Position numbers and translations under genes: made by a program. From positions 1,470,001-1,502,000 of the forward strand of contig NZ_CP088239.1 of NCBI RefSeq assembly GCF_021054785.1: a stretch of 32,000 nt of DNA, written 5' to 3'. Numbering within the stretch: the first letter of the stretch is position 1; each line of letters begins with the position of its first letter. The notes under the pieces are model-generated. The model was not told where the DNA came from. It did not search any database and was given only the letters and a program-made list of their open reading frames with translations. The stretch is from Tannockella kyphosi. GTDB lineage: Bacteria > Bacillota_I > Bacilli_A > Erysipelotrichales > Coprobacillaceae. Positions 27,515 through 32,000 of this stretch are shown here, one piece after another.

Positions 27515-28141
27515 ATGAAAGTATTACTAATGAATGGAAGTTGTAATAAAAATGGTTGTACCAATCGAGCTCTTGAAGAATTTTCTAGTGTCTTACATCA
27601 AAATAATATTGAAACAGAAATCTATCATATTCCAAGTACTCCGATTAAAGATTGTATAGGTTGTGGAGGCTGTAAAGCGAAAGCAAACGGTTGCGTTTTT
27701 AAAGATGATGGGGTCAATGACTTTATTGAAAAAGCAAAAGGATCAGATGCGATTGTTTTAGGAAGCCCTGTTTATTATGCACATCCTAGTGGACGTATTT
27801 TGTCATTTTTAGACCGAGCTTTCTTTGCTGGAGGAAGTGCTTTTATGCATAAACCAGGTTTCGCCTTGGTTTCTGCTAGGCGTGCTGGAACCAGCTCTTC
27901 TTTGGACGTTTTACATAAATATTTTTCAATTGCACAAATGCCAATTGTTTCTTCAAGTTATTGGAATATGGTGCATGGCAACACACCCCAAGAAGTGGAA
28001 CAAGATTTAGAAGGGTTACAAATCATTCGTCATGGCGCTAGTAACATGGTTTGGTTGCTATCTTGTATTGAACTAGGAAAGCAAAATAATATTATTGCTC
28101 CAAATAACAAAAAAACGAATAAAACTAATTTTATTCGTTAA
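27515..28141 (+). CDS. Flavodoxin-like NAD(P)H-dependent FMN reductase family protein with an Isf-type cysteine motif (iron-sulfur flavoprotein-like)
   Basis: It has MKVLLMNGS..., the compact motif CIGCGGCKAKANGC (C-X2-C-X2-C-X6-C) and the flavodoxin-like GSPVYY. The ATG at 27515 follows AAGGGAGAA. Confidence 0.75.
   Translation: MKVLLMNGSCNKNGCTNRALEEFSSVLHQNNIETEIYHIPSTPIKDCIGCGGCKAKANGCVFKDDGVNDFIEKAKGSDAIVLGSPVYYAHPSGRILSFLDRAFFAGGSAFMHKPGFALVSARRAGTSSSLDVLHKYFSIAQMPIVSSSYWNMVHGNTPQEVEQDLEGLQIIRHGASNMVWLLSCIELGKQNNIIAPNNKKTNKTNFIR
28114..28139 (-). terminator. Terminator of the carboxypeptidase gene, embedded in the 3' coding end of the convergent flavoprotein gene
   Basis: aacgaataaaa (28114-28124) pairs with ttttattcgtt (28129-28139) around the loop ctaa. 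On the minus strand it is followed by TTTTTGTTATTT. Confidence 0.55.
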
Positions 28142-29367
28142 TATCTTCTTAAATACATTTTTTTATATTTGTTATAATAGCGAATACCGAAGCATATCCC
28201 TATCAAGATTAAAACAACACATAGCGCAATAAATAATGGACTTCCAAATAAGAGTGTCGTGATGCTTAATTCTATATTTTGAGTACTAATAACCTCTTTT
28301 TCATAAAGCACTATTCCTTGATAACTACAAGTAATGGTACCAATTGACTCTCCTTCTTCAATAGGAGCACTTAATTGATCAAAGTCATAAGTTATGCTTA
28401 ATTCTTCATAATCAAAATCAATAGGTAGAAAAGCAATAACTTCTTGATCAATAAATACATCAAACATCATATCATCAACTGCATTTTCAACAAAAATCGA
28501 ATCAACAAGATCATCTACTTGATAAACAACAGTATCTTGATATTCTACTTCTAAGTAATCAATAATAGTATTAGTTGATACAACGGGTGCACCACTAACG
28601 GTCGTATCCGCTTTTGCTGTTACAACAATAACTTCTCTTCCATTAACATCTACTAAAGAAGCCAAACAAGATTGTGCTTCATCCGTATAACCTGATTTAC
28701 ATCCGATAATACGGCTAGTATCATATCCATAAAGATCAGAATAGTAGACACCTCCACTTACCCAACTATGAGTTTCATTACTTGTAGCATAAGAACGTGT
28801 ACTAAACACTTCTAAAAATGTTTCATTTTCTATTGCACTCTGCAATATAACCGCAATATCATAAGCAGTTGAATAATGATTTTCATCATGAATTCCCGTT
28901 AAATTAGTAAAATTTGTATTTTCCAAACCAAGATCAGCAACATATTCATTCATAGCTTCCACCATTGCTTCTATACTTCCAAATAAGTTATAAGCTAGTG
29001 CTTGACATGCATCTGCACCCGAAGGGAGGATTACTCCATATAACAAATCTTTATATGTTGTAACTTCTCCTACATAATACCATGCTGCAGAAGCGCCAGT
29101 TTCCCATATCCCATCCAAATCCGCATCGCTAATAACAACTGTTTCATCCAAATCTTCAATTGCATTAATTGCCACAATAGCAGTCACAATCTTTGTCATA
29201 CTAGCAGGATACATCATCTCTTGATCCTCTTTTTGATAAAGTATCAAACCTGTTTCCTTGTCAATTGCAACAGCATATTCGCTAATTACTTCTAACGCTG
29301 ATACTGGCACGATACTACTTAATAGGATCATTACTATTAAAAATGTGTTTATAATCTTTCTTTTCAT
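28138..29367 (-). CDS. D-alanyl-D-alanine carboxypeptidase (peptidase S11, PBP5-like) with N-terminal signal sequence and C-terminal membrane anchor
   Basis: 409 aa with the SxxK motif PASMTKIV, the KTG-type motif CKSGYT, a PBP5 C-terminal-like block (APIEEGESIGTI) and a terminal TM helix (LFIALCVVLILIGICFGI). Confidence 0.85.
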   Translation of the reverse strand: MKRKIINTFLIVMILLSSIVPVSALEVISEYAVAIDKETGLILYQKEDQEMMYPASMTKIVTAIVAINAIEDLDETVVISDADLDGIWETGASAAWYYVGEVTTYKDLLYGVILPSGADACQALAYNLFGSIEAMVEAMNEYVADLGLENTNFTNLTGIHDENHYSTAYDIAVILQSAIENETFLEVFSTRSYATSNETHSWVSGGVYYSDLYGYDTSRIIGCKSGYTDEAQSCLASLVDVNGREVIVVTAKADTTVSGAPVVSTNTIIDYLEVEYQDTVVYQVDDLVDSIFVENAVDDMMFDVFIDQEVIAFLPIDFDYEELSITYDFDQLSAPIEEGESIGTITCSYQGIVLYEKEVISTQNIELSITTLLFGSPLFIALCVVLILIGICFGIRYYNKYKKMYLRRY

Positions 29368-29368
29368 T

Positions 29369-30241
29369 TTATTCCCTCTTTAAAAATTGTAACTTTGTTT
29401 CTGAAACAACAATAGCCATAAAAATAACTAGAAACCCTATAGCTATTCTACTTGTAATCACTTCATTATACAATAGTACAGAGAAAAAAACTCCAAAAAC
29501 TGACTCCAAACTAAGCAACAATGAGGCACGACAAGGCTCTACCACATCTTGTCCCATATTTTGCAACAATAAGGAAACCATTGTAGCAAAAAAAGCTAAA
29601 TATAAAACCTGTAACCAAACACTTCCTTGAATACTTGTAACAATAGTAATATCCTCAAAACCTAGTGCTACAACAAAAGCACAAATAGCACAACTACCAA
29701 ATTGCATTAACGTTAAAGCAAAAGGATTTACTATTTTAGTATACTTTCGAATTAGGATAATATGTAACGCATAGAAAAATCCCCCGATTATCGTTAAAAA
29801 ATCACCCATTCCAATTGTCATATCCCCTTGCAACGACACAAACCCAATTCCGACCATGCACAAAAATGCAGCTAAGAAGTTATATACATCCGGTCTTTCT
29901 TTATAAAAGACCCATGATAAAAATGGCACTATTGCACAATAGACAGCTGTTAAAAAAGCATTCTTACCTGGTGTTGTTAAAGATAAACCTACTGTTTGAA
30001 TATAATAAGCTAAAAACAAACAAACACCTGTAATAAAACCTGCAGCCCATTGTTGTTTTGATAGATTACGAACATGCTTGCCAAATATAACAAGCATAAA
30101 TAATGTTGCTAATGTAAAACGTACTGCAATTAGTGATGCTGGTGTTAAAAAATCAACCGCATTTTTCATCACTATAAAAGAACTCCCCCATATTAATGCT
30201 GCTCCAAATAAAGCGCATTGTCCTAAAAATGAATTTTTCAT
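29369..30241 (-). CDS. DMT-superfamily (EamA-like) transporter
   Basis: 290 aa with about 10 hydrophobic helices in two EamA-like halves. The N-terminus GAALIWGSSFIVMK is typical. Confidence 0.8.
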   Translation of the reverse strand: MKNSFLGQCALFGAALIWGSSFIVMKNAVDFLTPASLIAVRFTLATLFMLVIFGKHVRNLSKQQWAAGFITGVCLFLAYYIQTVGLSLTTPGKNAFLTAVYCAIVPFLSWVFYKERPDVYNFLAAFLCMVGIGFVSLQGDMTIGMGDFLTIIGGFFYALHIILIRKYTKIVNPFALTLMQFGSCAICAFVVALGFEDITIVTSIQGSVWLQVLYLAFFATMVSLLLQNMGQDVVEPCRASLLLSLESVFGVFFSVLLYNEVITSRIAIGFLVIFMAIVVSETKLQFLKRE

Positions 30242-30257
30242 ATCTCCCTCTCTAAAA

Positions 30258-30283
30258 ATAAAGGATACGTACGTATCCTTTAT
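30258..30283 (-). terminator. Rho-independent terminator of ileS
   Basis: ataaaggatacgtacgtatcctttat is a perfect 26-nt palindrome. On the minus strand it is followed by TTTTTAGAG, and it overlaps the ileS stop codon (30282-30280). Confidence 0.75.
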
Positions 30284-32000
30284 TTTACTACCTCATGGCA
30301 ACGATGACATACACCATCTTCCATTTCTTCTGCTTCAAAATAATTCCAACAACGTGGACATTTATGTCCATCCATTTTTTCTACTAAGATATAACTTGTA
30401 TCAAATTCTTCTAATGATGTATCTGATACTAATTCTACTTTCGAAACAATGAAATAACGAGCTAAATCTTTTTCTAAAGCACTCATATCTTGGTATTCTT
30501 CTTTTAAACAAAGTTTTACTTTTGCTTCTAAAGATGAACCAATTACTTTTTCATTACGTAGTGTTTCAATTGATTTTAAAACATCTTTTCTTAATTCTAA
30601 GAAACGATCAAAATATGTTTCAATAGTTTCTTTGTCTTCTACTGTAATACGTGCTGGTAAATCTTCTAAGAAAATAGATTCTTCTTTTTCGTTATCACAA
30701 TGGAAATGATCATGTAATTCTTCACTTGTAAATACTAATACTGGTGATAATAATTTCATAAATGCTTTTGCATGATGATATAATACTGTTTGCACTTCTC
30801 TTCTTCTAGGAGAATTAGCTGCTTCAATATATAAAATATCTTTTGTAAAGTCCATATAGAATGCACTTAATACATTTGAGAAATAATTAATAATTGTTTG
30901 TGTTGATTCAGCAAAATCAAAGTTTTCATAAGCATTATGATAATCTTCAATTACTTTATCTAATTTAATCATCATATATTTATCAACATCACTTAAAGAT
31001 TCTACACTTACTAAATCAGTTTCACTAAAATCATTTAAGTTCCCTAATACAAAACGCATAGTATTACGGATTTTACGATAACTTTCTGCTACTTGTTTCA
31101 TAATATCATCAGAAATACGTACATCTGACTGATAAGCACATGATGTAGCCCATAAACGTACAATATCAGCACCATATTGTTTTACTAGTTTTAAAGGATC
31201 TACTGTATTTCCTAAAGACTTAGACATCTTATTTCCTTTTCCATCTAAGACAAATCCATGAGAAAGAACTGTTTTATATGGTGCAAGTCCATAACAAGCT
31301 ACCCCTATAATTAAAGAAGAGTTGAACCAACCACGATATTGATCACTACCTTCAAAATATAAATCTACTGGATATTCAAACCCTCTTTCTTTCATACATC
31401 CTGTATGACTTGAACCAGAATCAAACCAAACATCCATAATATCTGTTTCTTTTTTATAAATACCATTAGGAGATAATTCATTCGTATAACCTTCTGGTAA
31501 TAAATCTAATACATCTCTTTCAAACCAAACATTTGATCCAAATTCTCTAAATAACTTAGAAATATGATCGAATACTTCTTTTTCAACAATTGGACTTCCA
31601 TCTTCTAAATAAATAATAGGAATTGGAACTCCCCAAGTTCTTTGTCTTGAAATACACCAATCACCACGATCTTTAATCATATTATAAATACGAACATGTC
31701 CCCATTGGTTAACCCATTTTACTTGGTCAATTTGATTTAAGATTTGTTCTCTAATTTTATCTACTGAACAGAACCATTGTGCTGTAGCACGGAAGATAAC
31801 TGGTTTTTTAGTACGCCAATCATGTGGATAACTATGTTTGATCCATTCCATTTTTAATAAAGCACCTAATTCATCTAACGTTACCGCTACTGTTTTATTT
31901 GCAGTATCAACATGTTGACCAGCCAAGAATTCACCAGCTTCAGCCATTAAGTTTCCTTGTTCATCAACAGGACATAGTGGCTCTAAACCATACTTCATCC
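30280..32000 (-). CDS. ileS: Isoleucine--tRNA ligase, C-terminal ~572 aa; the N-terminus lies beyond the right window edge
   Basis: It has the KMSKS motif (GNKMSKSLGN), class-I anticodon-binding region blocks and the C-terminal zinc finger CPRCWNYF....CHRCHEVV. Confidence 0.95.
   Translation of the reverse strand, partial: MKYGLEPLCPVDEQGNLMAEAGEFLAGQHVDTANKTVAVTLDELGALLKMEWIKHSYPHDWRTKKPVIFRATAQWFCSVDKIREQILNQIDQVKWVNQWGHVRIYNMIKDRGDWCISRQRTWGVPIPIIYLEDGSPIVEKEVFDHISKLFREFGSNVWFERDVLDLLPEGYTNELSPNGIYKKETDIMDVWFDSGSSHTGCMKERGFEYPVDLYFEGSDQYRGWFNSSLIIGVACYGLAPYKTVLSHGFVLDGKGNKMSKSLGNTVDPLKLVKQYGADIVRLWATSCAYQSDVRISDDIMKQVAESYRKIRNTMRFVLGNLNDFSETDLVSVESLSDVDKYMMIKLDKVIEDYHNAYENFDFAESTQTIINYFSNVLSAFYMDFTKDILYIEAANSPRRREVQTVLYHHAKAFMKLLSPVLVFTSEELHDHFHCDNEKEESIFLEDLPARITVEDKETIETYFDRFLELRKDVLKSIETLRNEKVIGSSLEAKVKLCLKEEYQDMSALEKDLARYFIVSKVELVSDTSLEEFDTSYILVEKMDGHKCPRCWNYFEAEEMEDGVCHRCHEVVK

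Noticed and set aside
27825-28010. 61-aa alternative-frame ORF inside the flavoprotein gene
   Set aside because: It is fully nested in a gene with a clear family signature and has no independent start signals.
29815-30452. ORFs 29815-30033 (+) and 30078-30452 (+)
   Set aside because: They are antisense to the EamA transporter gene and the ileS 3' end. The second would run straight through the ileS terminator palindrome. Neither has an RBS.

Overview
This is a chromosomal segment of a low-GC Bacillota genome: coding DNA is AT-rich and only the rRNA genes are GC-balanced. From memory the 16S sequence resembles Erysipelotrichales/Coprobacillaceae (the Clostridium ramosum group), which needs a database check. 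Left to right, the window starts with the 5' 1.74 kb of a 23S gene, a tRNA-less spacer and a complete 16S gene, all on the minus strand. These have two sigma-A-type promoters, a boxA-like repeat and a 15-bp processing stem. Next come dtd, rarA, a cysteine-less Rrf2 regulator, and an orphan LytTR response regulator with an HPK10-type histidine kinase. After that is the Bacillus-like block cotE-mutS-mutL-miaA, then an operon of a HAD-phosphatase::DUF523 fusion, manA and a malic enzyme. The most interesting part is a ~9-kb minus-strand locus at 18.4-27.4 kb. It holds a GntR/HutC regulator, a four-gene mannose-family PTS (IIA, IIB, IIC, IID), two tandem ~590-aa proteins and two tandem aldo-keto reductases. 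The ~590-aa proteins carry a type-I phosphomannose-isomerase cupin core behind an unassignable ~230-aa N-terminal domain. The locus is driven by a near-consensus promoter overlapped by a cre box and a perfect 10-4-10 palindrome. I cannot match this gene combination to a characterised pathway, so I flag it, with modest confidence, as the candidate undescribed system: a sugar or carbonyl-sugar catabolic route. The right end carries an Isf-like flavoprotein, a PBP5-type carboxypeptidase, an EamA transporter and the 3' 1.7 kb of ileS. I saw no CRISPR array, transposase, integrase, phage gene or recognisable defence gene. 21 of 26 protein genes, plus the rRNA operon, are on the minus strand.
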